DNA of 64,000 bases, taken from Squalus acanthias (taxonomy: Eukaryota). This document shows, in pieces, positions 22,725-34,357 of the stretch. Under the pieces are notes generated by a model. The model was not told where the DNA came from, did no database searches, and saw nothing but the letters and a program-made list of their open reading frames with translations. How positions within the stretch are numbered: position 1 is the stretch's first letter; the number at the start of each line of letters is the position of its first letter. The DNA is taken from the NCBI GenBank assembly GCA_030390025.1, contig CM059433.1, forward strand, positions 11,286,001 through 11,350,000, written 5' to 3'. The translations under genes were made by a program, and so were the position numbers.

Positions 22725-23208
22725 AAGAACATAGGAAATAGGAGCAGGAGTCGGCCATTCGACCCTTCGAGCCTGCTCCGCCATTCAATAAGATCATGGC
22801 TCATCTTCTACCTCATCTCCACTTTCCTGCACTATCCCCATATCCCTTGATTCCCTTAATATTCAAAAATCTCTCGATCTCTGTCTTGAATATACTCAAT
22901 GACTGAGCCTCCACAGCCCTCTGGGGTAGAGAATTCCATAGATTCACAACCCTCTGAGTGAAGAAATTTCTCCTCATCTCAGTCCTAAATGGCCGACCCC
23001 TTATTCTGAGGCTGTGACCCCTCGTTCTAGAAACATCCTTCCAGCATTTACCCTGTCAAGCCCCTTAAGAATTTTATAAGTTTCAATGAGATCACCTCTT
23101 CTAAACTCTAGTCTACTCAACCTCTCCTCATAGGACAATCCTCTCATCCCAGGAATCAGTCTCCTGAACCTGTGTTGCACTTCCTCTAATGAAAATATAT
23201 CCTTCCTT
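22725..23208 (-). mobile_element. CR1 LINE 3' fragment
   Basis: Reverse complement of a CR1 ORF2 end and tail AAGAACATAGGAA. Confidence 0.85.
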
Positions 23209-23332
23209 CTACATCAAATTTCTAAATATAAAATTCACAGCTTTATTGAGAGCATGAATTAAAAATGTCCTGTCCTGTGTATTTCTCCAGTTTAATTTTA
23301 TGTCTATGAATAGAAATGTACAGAAAGTCATT

Positions 23333-24049
23333 GGCCCTGAATTTGCGGTCGGAGGCTTCCCGCGGGGAAATGCCTCCGATCCGCGAATAAAATGCCCGCG
23401 TACCTGGTCCGGAGACTCACGGTCCTGGGCCTCTCCGGGTACCCGCAGGTAGAGGCCCACTATCCCACAGGCGCACGCAGTTCGCAAGCGCCCCGAGATC
23501 ACGTGGGCCGGCATAACCAATAAAAGAAGGGGATCCCCATTCATAATGAATGGGAATACCCAAAAAATATATCTACACATCAAATAATTTTTTTTTAAAT
23601 GACATATTTAAAATCAATTAAAATGCCATTTAAGTAAATATTTAAAACAAAAATTTAATTTTTTGAAAAATAAATTTAAATGTTTTGAAGGGGCTAAAAA
23701 TAACCTTACCTTATTGCACAGTTTTTTTAATGTATAAATGATTGAAAAAAATGTGGTTTTATGTTTTTTTAAACTCTTATGCTGGTAAAAGCAGGTCTTA
23801 CGCCTGCTTTTACCAGGCATAAGAATTTCACAAGCATTCGCTGGGCAGAAGTTGGGCAAATAGTCCAACTCTCCGCCCGCGGATGCCCTTTTCCCGGAGA
23901 TGTGTTGGATCTGTCAAGAAGATTCTTGACAGATTGCAAGTTCTGGGTTTACGTGCACGTGCTTTGCACGCGAAAACCCAAAACTTGCACGGCCTTTGCA
24001 GGCGCGTACACACCTCATACGCGCCCGTAAGGGCTGCAAATTACTGCCC
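23333..24049 (-). mobile_element. MITE family A-related, opposite orientation, flanked ATT/ATT
   Basis: GGCCCTGAATTT...AAATTACTGCCC; colinear with 38817-39591. Confidence 0.82.
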
Positions 24050-25191
24050 ATTGTTAACTGTACCTGGATCAATTAACCATGTGTTCTAAGTAATTCATTG
24101 TTAAAGATTCAGATCTTAGTCACTCATTTCAGGGAAAACCAATGGGAATTTGAACAGTTTTGTCCAGTTTTTTTTGCTTCGCTCGCACTAGCTATCAACC
24201 AGACTCTAACTCTGAGAAAGCATTTAGAAGCTGAGCACAAAGAGTGCTGACATAACATTCTTCAATTTGATCCAACTCTACCCTTTCCCCTCCCTCTCCC
24301 ACAGTGTATTGCAAAGGCTGGCTCCTAATCATTGCAGTGACAGATTGGCATACAGACAACCTTAGCCCGTGGCAACTCAAAGCCTCCATTTGCTGCAGTA
24401 CAGGACCATACAATCTTCAGCATTTGTGCCACTTTAACAAAGTGAACATTTTCCCTGCATCTTTATTTGAAATTTCCAAATGCAGACTTGAGGGGATAAT
24501 TCCACAGCAGGGAGACACATTCATCACCTCCATCCTCTGCCCCGCAATCCGTATGAGCGTTGGGGGCATGAAATGATCCCGATTGGTTCCATTAATGACA
24601 AGGCTAAAAGATCTTGGCGCAAGAACCTCTTTGGTCGTTACGTGTAGCGACACCGTGAATATGTTTGTGAGCATTTTCTCAGTTCGTTCTTTCTAGTGAA
24701 CGTATAACAACTTTACTAAAAGTATGATTTTTCTAATGATTTGCTGGAATACAAAACAGAGGAAATCTTCACAAACACATGTACACTGTCACTACACACG
24801 TTGACCAGAGGAATTCTTAACCCCTTGGAAAAAATTGAGTTTGATATTGTAATACGTATATTCGGTAAGCATGTTAACATAACCTGTAGAAAAAGTGCAT
24901 GCACTTTTTGCTTGTTCCTTTTTCTTACTCTGTGGTCATAGATCCAGCCAGTTCCACACTTCTAAAGAGCACACCCAAATCACCATGAAAGCAATAATAG
25001 AAAATGGTTAATGCTTTGGGGCACCATTACAGTACAATATCTATAGTGCTGGATTCTAGTGCACTCCAACACAAAGGAAACACCTTGAAAATAGAATTTC
25101 AAAACAGGTTGTGGTTATGGTTTATTGATTCAGCAGGTATATAAATGGGTTTGCATATTTATTCAGGTTCATGTTACTTTGATGTAGCATC

Positions 25192-25980
25192 GGCCCAGAT
25201 TTTGCAGAGGAATAACGGCGAGGCTATCAGCGCTCACCATTATTATGGAGTAAATCGGACAGCAACTTCCGGCGTCCGCACATACACATTTAAACGTGGA
25301 AATCAGAAAATTGCCGTCTGATTTGCCCTGCTCCTCCACAAGCTTTGGTAAACTGGTGCCTCGCCGAGAGACCCATTGAAACACATGAAGGGCCTGTAGT
25401 TGCTGTACTTAACCACGAGTTACCCACTAAACATGCCACAAAAAGCTAGGGCTTGTCCATTCAAGTGTAGTGAATTTTTAACAGTGCGCTAATTCTTAAT
25501 TACTACCAAACAAGCTCTCTGACACTGAAAATTAACTTTTACAAGTGCGGAGTCTCATTCCTTCAGATTCCAATTATTGTTGGATATTTTTAAAAATGTA
25601 AAAATTAAAATAAAACTTTTTTTTTTACTTTTTATTTCTGTCTCTTTTAGCTCTCTCTCTTAATCCCATCTTTCTTTCCCTCTCTTTATATTGCTTTTGG
25701 TACATGATCTAATATCGAATTAAACATTCTAACTTACACTTCCTGGTTCTGACTCTGCATGCCTCAGTAAGGATTCTTCAATCTGATTGGTTGAAAAGAC
25801 ACGCTGTTCTGCTTGCCCTGCTCACACAGGTCCCAGATCCCCTGTAGAGGGCGCTGCGCCGGAGCGGACTCCCAATGACCGTAAATTGTTGCACAAACGC
25901 CCACGAACAGTCTGTGGGCAGCTGCAAGCGTAATGAACAACGAGCGCCATTGATTCGCTGGTGACCGCAAAGACCAGCCC
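25192..25980. mobile_element. Harbinger-type MITE (third family)
   Basis: GGCCCAGATTTTGC...GCAAAGACCAGCCC termini with GC-rich arms and an AT-rich centre. Confidence 0.6.
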
Positions 25981-26523
25981 ATTATGTCTATTGAAAGAAT
26001 ATCAAGAGACTTAATTGAAGCGGAGAAATAAACAGTCACACACACACACACTAACATCCTCCCCAGTACAAATATGTCACTTGTTGAGGAAGCTGAATTG
26101 GGTTCTGCAGCAACTGTTTTTTAGGCACTATCCGGCAACCAAATGTTCAAAAATGGGGTCCGAGATGCGCACGCACACTTCTGACAGGAAGTGCACAGGA
26201 CGCCATCTTGGGAAAGGGGTTTGTGACACTGATTTAACGCCAGGGCTGCCATTTTCAAATGTCACACTCCAGTCAGTGACCCGTCTTAACCTGGCACACC
26301 TGAGCATGACGATAAACAAAATGACGGCCCACCCCACCAGCGCAATTTAAAGGGATCGTGAAGTACTTACAGGTTAGTTGCTGGATTATTTCTTCTGGCT
26401 GCTGGTGCAATTGCACGTGTTTTTGGAGCTTTCCTATACCTGGCTACAGGGAGTGGTCTGGCTGGTGCCGAAGTACTTTTCTGTTCATTTAAAAGTTTGT
26501 GCTGAAACATGTTGCTTCCAGAC

Positions 26524-27637
26524 ATGGGTGGCCTGGCAGGGCTTCCTCTGGGAATTGATTGGGTGAGGTTGAGGAGAGGCCACTCAGAGCAGGACAAGCT
26601 GCTAGAAGAGGGAGGAGGAGGGGGGAGAAGGGCTCTCAGCAGGAGGCCGTATCCACATAGGGTCTTTAGGGAGCAATTGTCTTACTCAACTTGAGAGAGG
26701 AGCAATAGAAAGAAAGAATGACTTGCATTTGTATAGCGCCTTTCACAACCACCGGACGTCTCAAAGCGCTTTACAACCAATGAAGTACTTTTGAAGTGGA
26801 GTCACTGTTGTAATGTAGGAAACGCGGCAGCCAATTTGTGCACAGCAAGCTCCCACAAACAACAATGTAATAATGACCAGATAATCTGTTTTTGTTATGT
26901 TGGTTGAGGGATAAATATTGGCCCCAGGACACCGGGGATAACTCCCCTGCTCTTCTTCAAAATAGTGCCTTGGGATCTTTCACATCCCCCCCTGAGAGAG
27001 CAGACGGGGCTTCGGTTTAACATCTCATTCGAAAGACGGCACCTCCGACAGTGCAGCACTCCACTGGAATGTCAGCCTAGCTTTATGTGCACAAGTCGCT
27101 GGAGTGGGACTTGAACCCACAACATTCTGACTCAGAGGCAAGAGAGAGAGTGCGGCCCACTGAGCCACAGCTGACACTTGCATGAGACGTCATCACTTCA
27201 CAAAAGAGGTTGTCACTAAAATCTGCCAACTGCTGCAGCCACATCTGCAACCTCAAAGCAGGGCCAGGACAGCATTGCCTGTGGCTATGAAGGTGACCGT
27301 GGCTCTTAATTTTTATGGGTCTGGCTCCTTCCAGACTGCTGCTGGAGATATTAGCAACATCTCGCAGTTTCCAGTACACTGCGGCATAAGGGACATCACT
27401 GAGGCTCTCTATACACGGGGAAACAGTTTAATCTTATTCCTTCTTGCCAGAGACAAGCAGGCGGAGCGAGCATGAGGATTTGCATGGATTGTAGGCTTCC
27501 CCATGGTGCAGGATGCGATTGACTGCACGCACATTGCCCTGCATGCGCCTCATGTCAACTCAGCCGTTTTCATGAACCGAACAGGAGTCCACTTCCTCAA
27601 TGTGAAGCTGGGGTATGACCACAGGCAGTGCATCATA
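26524..27637 (+). pseudogene. PIF/Harbinger (HARBI1-like) DDE transposase remnant, split by a SINE and 3'-truncated
   Basis: RRPYPHRVFREQLSY | CMRRHHFTKEVVTKICQLLQPHLQPQSRARTALPVAMKVTVALNFYGSGSFQTAAGDISNISQ...GFPMVQDAIDCTHIAL...FMNRTGVHFLNVKL. AIDCTH carries the first catalytic Asp. Stop at 27475. Element sequence extends upstream to ~26090. Confidence 0.92.
26707..27177 (-). mobile_element. SacSINE1-like SINE inserted in the transposase
   Basis: Full-length reverse copy; the transposase frame resumes on both sides. Confidence 0.9.
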
Positions 27638-27747
27638 CACACGATAGGGATCATTTTTACCGACAATGGAAATTAAAATTGAGCAGGTTCTATAACGGGC
27701 TGGCAATCCGCTCAGCCAGTTTATCGCCCAAGCGACGACGTTGAAGA

Positions 27748-28085
27748 TTTTTTTAAATTCGCTTATGGGATCTGGGCGTTGCTGGCAAGGCCAGCATTTA
27801 TTGTCCATCCCTAATTGCCCTTGAGAAGGCGGTGGTGAGCCGCCTTCTTGAACCACTGCAGTCCGTGCGGTGAAGGTACTCCCACAGTGCTGTTAGGGAG
27901 GGAGTTCCAGGATTTTGACCCAGCGACGATGAAGGATCGGCGATATACTTCCAAGTCAGGATGGTGTGTGACTTGGAGGGGAACTTGGAGGTGGTGGTGT
28001 TCGCATGCGCCTGCTGCCCTTGTCCTTCTAGGTGGAAGAAGTCGCGGGTTTGGGAGATGCTGCCGAAGAAGCCTTGGCGAGTTGC
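27748..28085 (-). mobile_element. Zenon-like LINE 3' fragment
   Basis: Family 3' UTR and ORF end. Absent from the paralogous site at ~22677. Confidence 0.88.
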
Positions 28086-28130
28086 TCCCATGGTCTCTTT
28101 CTTACCTGTTTGAGGACTGCAATACCACTC

Positions 28131-28380
28131 AAGAACATAAGAAATGGGAGCAGGAGTCGGCCATTCGACCCTTCGAGCCTGCTCCGCCATTCAATAAGAT
28201 CATGGCTGATCTTCTACCTCAACTCCACCTTCCTGCACTATCCCCATATCCCTTGATTCCCTTGGTATCCAGAAATCTATCGACCTCTGTGTCTTGAATA
28301 CACTCAACCACTGAGCCTCCACAGCCCTCTGGGGTAGAGAATTCCAAAGATTCACCACCTCTCTGAGTGAAGAAATTTCT
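28131..28380 (-). mobile_element. CR1 3' fragment (part of a local duplication of 22562-22972)
   Basis: Shares the junction and the variant GTCGGCCATTCGACCCTTCGAG with the 22725 copy. Confidence 0.85.
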
Positions 28381-29946
28381 TTCTGCCTGCTTTTGGAAAC
28401 TGCCTTTTTTGCAGTGAGCACAAATGAAAAGTGCTGGGAAGAGCCCCAAATCACAACACGCATCAAATGCGCAGATGTATACCATATGTATAAACTGTTT
28501 GTAAGCAGGAGGACGTCAGTGATAACCAGTTTTTGCCGTCCATCAAACTATTTTGTCAAGAGCAGTGAAATCTCCTGTCGTAAATGCACTTTTCATAAGA
28601 ACCACAGTCTTCATTATCTTTCGAAGTTGTCACGAGCTCTCAGTAGCAAATGCGAGATTGCACAATGACATCCAGCGGACGCTGTGCACATTGTCAGATC
28701 GCTCGGCCGTGCTGCGATTTCCCCGCAGTGAGACTTTGCTTCTCTTAAAACCCGATCCCTGAATGCCATCTCTTTGAACGGCTCTTGTTGCAAGAAACTG
28801 CTTTGAAGCTGCTCGCTGCAAGCAGAGTTCTGACATTTAACTTCAGCTCCAAATTACCGCCTTGCCCGTCTGAAAGGAGCATTAGCCCCGAGTCACATTC
28901 CCACCGCAGATTACGAGCGACTAAAACACAGGCTTGTTCTTCTGGTGTCTAATTCCAGTCAATCAGGCGGGGGGTTTGGTTCTACCCCTGCCGCACAACA
29001 TCCTGCTCAGGTTACCAAATCTGCTTGGATCACGTGAGAGCTGACCAGTGATTTGTTTCCCATGAGCTGTGGACTGCCATATTTACAAATCACTTATTCA
29101 TAATAGAGTCAAAGCCTGCAGTTTATGACTGAACCCCATTTTCTCACTATCTCCGAGCATTTCACTTTAACAAAGCAGCATGGAAAACTGCAGAGCTATT
29201 ACTTAAGTGTCAAACCTGACAGTTGGAGTTTGATAATAATTGTACAAGATATAATCATTTCCCAGTACTTCGACTGATCAGTAGCTTCTTTTGTTTTTTA
29301 ATAATCCTGTAATCATGCTGTAATTTTTTTGACTGGAAGGCTACATCATTATTACCTCAAGTTCTACCTGAAGGAGCTTCTTACTCCAAACTGCCTAATT
29401 TTTAAATACCATCCCCCTGGTATTTTAAACTTTCACAACTGCGGGCAATTTGCCTGGATAAATGTTGCCAATTATCTTCATAATCTTGAAAACTTTAATT
29501 AGGTCACATCAAAAATCTCTTCTTTTCCCCCAAGAAAACAAATCAAGTTTCCTTAAACTTTCCTCCTAACTTCAATTCTTGACACCTGGTTGGCAGGGGG
29601 TTGCGGGGGTGGGGGTGGGGGGGATGGTGGGGGGGCGCGGGGGATTAGTGGTTGTAGTTTGTCTTTGTGCGATCGTGTAAAACGGGTGATATCAGATCAG
29701 CTGCCTGTTATTCATCTCTTCTGATTTTCAATTCCATTGACGTCAATGGTATCATTGCTGCTCGTGCCTGTAAGCTCACCAGAGCAGCATTATCCTTCTT
29801 CTGATTGGTTGACCGAAGTGTACTCAGTGTGACAAATCCAATCTTTTTTGACTTGTAATTTCTCCTTCTAGTAATACAACCCAGCCTCTGATTTGTCTGT
29901 TTTTCTTACTGCAGCCAAACATTCGACTGAAGACTGCAGGTGAAGA

Positions 29947-30041
29947 CCCAGGTGGGCAGAGGAAGCGCTTCAAGGACACCCTCAAAGCCTCCTTGAAAAA
30001 GTGCAACATCCCCACCGACACCTGGAAATCCCTGGCCCAAG
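29947..30041 (+). mobile_element. Isolated internal RTE LINE fragment
   Basis: PGGQRKRFKDTLKASLKKCNIPTDTWKSLAQ, a typical RTE C-terminal motif. Confidence 0.8.
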
Positions 30042-31059
30042 GCACATCAAACTACAGAGAATGTCAGTGTTTGACAGCTTCACAGATTCTGCCATTTTCC
30101 CGGCAGTCCCGCCTCCATACCCGCCTCCCCAGGGCTGGCAAAATCCAGCCCATAATAACAGTTTCAGGCAGGAGAAGACTTCGGTCCATCTCGGTCACGT
30201 GTCCACAGTATTCCCTAGGTGCACTTCTGATAACCCTGAATCCTATTTGTTGACACAAGCCTATCTCATTCCCTCTTGAAACTCATTATGCTTTCTTGTT
30301 CCACCAACTGTGCTTGAGTTATTGGAGCAGGAGAGATCTTGAGGTTTTGGTGAATAGTTCACTATAACCTCCCAAGCTGTTAAAAACCACAAGCAGAATG
30401 TTGCAATGCATAGAAAGGGGTATAACGTATAAATCCAGAGAGGTCATTGATAAAAGTAGTAAGGGTCTCAAAACTGACCCCTGGGGTACCCCACTGTAAT
30501 CTTATTCTATGTTGAAATGTTTCTCTATTTCCTGGTTTTAAGCTAACTTTACCTTTTATCTCCTACTCACTTTAGTCACTAGTCGCTGATATAGATCGTT
30601 GTCGAAAAGGTTTCTGAAGATCAAAGTATTTAATATCAACTGCCTGCCCATCATGTCAGTAATGTCATTATAACTCCTTTAACGTCTTTCTTTTCCAAGT
30701 GTACACCTGCTAGATCTCTCAATTTCATTTCAAAGACTTTCCCTACAACAGATGTTAAACGTATTGATCTATAGGACTAGAAGGTAAATCGCGCCCAGAA
30801 ATGGGACTGCAGGGGGTAGGGCAGGGCAGCGCTGCATGCACCTGGTCATGTGCTCACAATGGCCGCGTGAAATTGGTGCTGGCTGCCCATTATCAGGACT
30901 CAGGCGTGCAGTCAGCACTAATCATTGTCTGCGCGCCTGTTTGGGGTGGGAGGCGGGGTGGCGAGAAATCAGGCTTCACTGATGCCACTTAAAGACAGCC
31001 AGCGCCTCTTGAAGGGGAGGTGCATTCAGGCTGTAGACAGTGGGGAAGCTTCACAAGTG

Positions 31060-31270
31060 GAGAGATGGCTGCAAGAGGCACCCAGGTCCACTGATACAAC
31101 GGTGGAGAGGAGAAGAGAGACCCTTCCCCCGGGGGGCAAAAAGCAACACCTACACGGTCAGTGGGAACAGGTTGCTGAGGAGCTCCATGCCAGGAGCTTA
31201 GCTCCCAAGACATGGCTGCAATACCATAACAAATTCAATGATCTCAGCAGAGTTATTATGGTAAGAATCT
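31060..31270 (+). pseudogene. Harbinger Myb/SANT-like ORF remnant, preceded by a MITE-like terminus from ~30775
   Basis: VERRRETLPPGG...QWEQVAEELHARSLAPKTWLQYHNKFNDLSRVIM followed by a GTAAGA donor. Confidence 0.8.
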
Positions 31271-31524
31271 TACCTCTCATATCAATTACTCTCTCCTCAC
31301 CCTTGCACCACCTGCAGCCTCACTACTCACAACACTTCACTGCCCCGCTTCCCTTCACTCTCCTACAATCACTGCACCACGCTTATTCACAATATAGATT
31401 CAAAGCTCAGTGGTGGCTCTAGCTGGCCCATGGCTCTGGCTTTAGCAGACTTCCGCAGCTGAGAGCGGGTTCCTAAGAGCAGTCATGAGCTGAGGGTGCA
31501 AGGCATAGCCCTTGTCCCCAAGCA

Positions 31525-32002
31525 GTCAGCCTCTCAGTGGCTCAGTGGGTAGCACACTTGCCTCTGAGTCAGAAGGTTGTGGGTTCAAGTCCCACTCCAG
31601 GGACTTGAGCACATAAAGCTAGGCTGATACTCCAGTGCAGTGCTGAGGGAGTGCTGCACTGTCGGAGGTGCCGTCTTTCGGATGAGATGTTAAACCGAGG
31701 CCCCGTCTGCTCTCATCAGGTGGACATAAAAGATCCCATGGCACTATTTCAAAGAAGAGTAGGGGAGTTATCCCTGGTCTCCTGGCCAATATTTATCCCT
31801 CAATCAACATCACTAAAAAACAGATTATCTGGTCATTATCATATTGCTGTTTGTGGGAGCTTGCTGGGCGCAAATTGGCTGCCGTGTTTCCTACATTACA
31901 ACAGCGACTACACTTCAAAAGTACTTCATTGGCTGTATAGCGCTTTGGGACATCTGGTGGTCGTGAAAGGCGCTATATAAATGCAAGTCTTTTCTTTCTT
32001 TT
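31525..32002 (+). mobile_element. SacSINE1-like SINE, full length
   Basis: A/B boxes, Deu body, tail GGCGCTATATAAATGCAAGTCTTTTCTTTC. Confidence 0.9.
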
Positions 32003-32371
32003 GCTGTGCAGGGGCAAAGAGGGGAATAGAGGATTGACTCAATTCAAAAGCAGAAGGTGGCAGTAGCAATGACAATGGCATCGGGCTCTAAATTTGCCCC
32101 CTATTTACATTTATGCATGAGATTCCTGTCTGTTTCAGGCAGTTGCTCTGGCCACCCAAAAATCATAACTGACGTCAGCTAAATGGTAGCTGGTTAATTT
32201 TGGTAATGTTACCATCCCATACCATGAAAATGGGGCGGTACCAAGTCGAAAACTGTCACCAGTATCTTGTCTCTCCTTATAACTATAGATTTCCATCCCT
32301 GGCATTATCCGGGTGAATTTTTAGCTTTATTGTCTTTTCTATAACGGTGTACCCAACACCGCACAAAATCG

Positions 32372-33040
32372 TCTCTTCTTCTTAGGCAGTCCCTCAGAAC
32401 CGAGGATGACTTGCTTCCACACTAAAAATGAGTTCTCAGGTGACTGATGAGTCCAATATGGGACCTACAGTCGCTGTCACAGGTGGGGCAGACGGTGGTT
32501 GAAGGGGCGGGTGGGTGGGGTGCTTGGGTTGACGTGCGCTCCTTCCGCTGTTTACACTTGGCTTCCGCTTGCTCCCAGTGAAGAGACTCAAGGTGTTCGG
32601 CGCCTTCCCGGATGCTTCTCCTCCACTTTGTGCAGTCTTGGGCCAGAGATTCCCAGTGTCGGTGGGGATGTTGCCGTGTCGTAGCTCCGAATAGAGCGCT
32701 TGTTTTGGGAGTCTCGTGTCGGGCATGTGGACGATGTGGCCCGTCCATCGGAGCTGATTGAGCGTGGTGAAAGCTTCGATGCTGGGGATGTTGGCCTGAG
32801 CGAGAACACTGACGTTGGTGCGCCTATCCTGCCAATGGATTTGCAGGATCTTGCGGAGGCAGCGTTGGTGGTACGTCTCCAGTGCTTTGAGGTGCCTGCT
32901 GTACATGGTCCATGTTTCTGAAGCATACAGGAGGGCAAGTATCACTACTGCTCTGTAGACCATGAACTTGGTGCTGGGTTTGAGGTCCTGGTCTTCAAAC
33001 ACTCTCTTCCTCAGGCGATCGAAGGCTGCACTGGCACACA
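32372..33040 (-). mobile_element. RTE-clade LINE 3' fragment
   Basis: ASAAFDRLRKRVF...VYRAVVILALLYASETWT...QRCLRKILQIHWQDRRTNVSVL...LRWTGHIVHMPDTRLPKQALYSEL, C-terminal CPTCDSDCRSHIGLISHLRTH zinc finger, (GAA)n-like tail. Confidence 0.92.
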
Positions 33041-33044
33041 AAGT

Positions 33045-33365
33045 GCTTTAACTGTGGCTTAGCCAATTTTCTTCTACAAGTTTATCATTTTTTTCTTTAT
33101 TCCTGTACTCTGCGCTCCTGTTTATAAAACTCAAAATGCTGTTGGCCATTTTTATGGATTTATCTATCTGCACTGCCACTGTCAGAGAATTATATATTTC
33201 AACCCCTAGGTGTCTCTTTTCATCCACATCCTTCATCATCTTTCCATTGAGCATATACTCATATTCTTGAATTTTCCCCCCTCAGTGTGTTACCTCACAC
33301 TTATCCACATAAAACTGCATCTGCCACATGTCTGCCCATTCCACTAACCTGTCTAAATCTTCTTG
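33045..33365 (-). mobile_element. Old CR1 internal ORF2 fragment
   Basis: EKRHLGVEIYNSLTVAVQIDKSIKMANSILSFINRSAEYRNKE resembles the CR1 region ERDLGV...KANGMLAFI.RGIEYKSRE. Confidence 0.75.
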
Positions 33366-33570
33366 ACATCTTTTGCAGTCCTCCTCGCTGCTTGACAAAC
33401 CGTTACCTTGTGTTCATGGCAGAAACAATTACCTGCGCTCCGATTACCATTATCTCCTTCTCACACCGCTGCATTCTTCCTTGCTGTCCGTGTTTGCACT
33501 GTCTCCTCATGAATACCAGCAGAATTTGCACGTTAATCAACAATCTGTTCAACACCTATTCTTAAAAGTA

Positions 33571-33665
33571 AGATCTGAAGAAGGATTGTACCTGAAATGT
33601 TAATCTTTCCCTTTTAGGCGCTGATGGGGTTGCTATGCTTCTCCATCTTCTTTGTTTTTATTTTG
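33571..33665 (+). mobile_element. Degenerate Penelope terminus with hammerhead motif
   Basis: AGAT-CTGAAGA-AGG(ATTGTA)CCT-GAA-ATGT-TA-ATCT followed by a decayed version of the tail seen at 59500-59565. Confidence 0.55.
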
Positions 33666-34096
33666 AACGTCTCAAAGATTTAATTTCTTCATTCCTACTT
33701 TAATTTTCCTTTAGTTACACACAATACACACAAATATGAGGAGTTCAGTTTAAAATGACAATATTCAGAATATTAATAGCCACTGTTGTGTTTTATTGAT
33801 CAGGTTGCCTGGTTTACAATTGTATTAAATGCATTTTCACTGAGTGGATTAATCAATAAGAATAACAAATAGCAAACAGTTGTCTGGTTGATAATGTGAT
33901 GCATTTAAGTCGACCAAACACAAAACTGCATTTTACCAGATGGTAAAAGTAACGTTAAAAGCTGTGCTGGTATCAAAGACTAAACAATTCAACAGACAAC
34001 ATAGTATTCAAGATACAGGAGATGCACACTTGCAGGGTCATTAGAGGAAGAATAAAGTGACATTTGCAACTTTTCCATCGACACATCCATTAAGGC

Positions 34097-34340
34097 AACA
34101 TCTACAGGATAACACAGCAATATCTACTAGATCACAAAACATTATCAACTGAATAACCAAATATTTTCTACTGGGTAACGGTACATTGTCTTCTACATGA
34201 CATAACATTATTTACAAGACAACAAAATATTATCGACTGAATAATGTAGCATTATCCAAGGAATAACACATTATCTACTGGTTAACTCACCATTATTTAC
34301 GAGATAGTGCAGTATCATCTACTGGATAACATAACATTTA
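34097..34340. repeat. Degenerate ~22-bp minisatellite (~11 units)
   Basis: Recurrent CATTATCTACTGGATAACACAG-like unit. Confidence 0.75.
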
Positions 34341-34357
34341 ATTCACCAAAACATAAA

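Noticed and set aside
27182..27475. Domesticated HARBI1 gene
   Set aside because: Interrupted by a SINE, with an in-frame stop, a frameshift and truncation before the remaining catalytic residues; a dead transposon.
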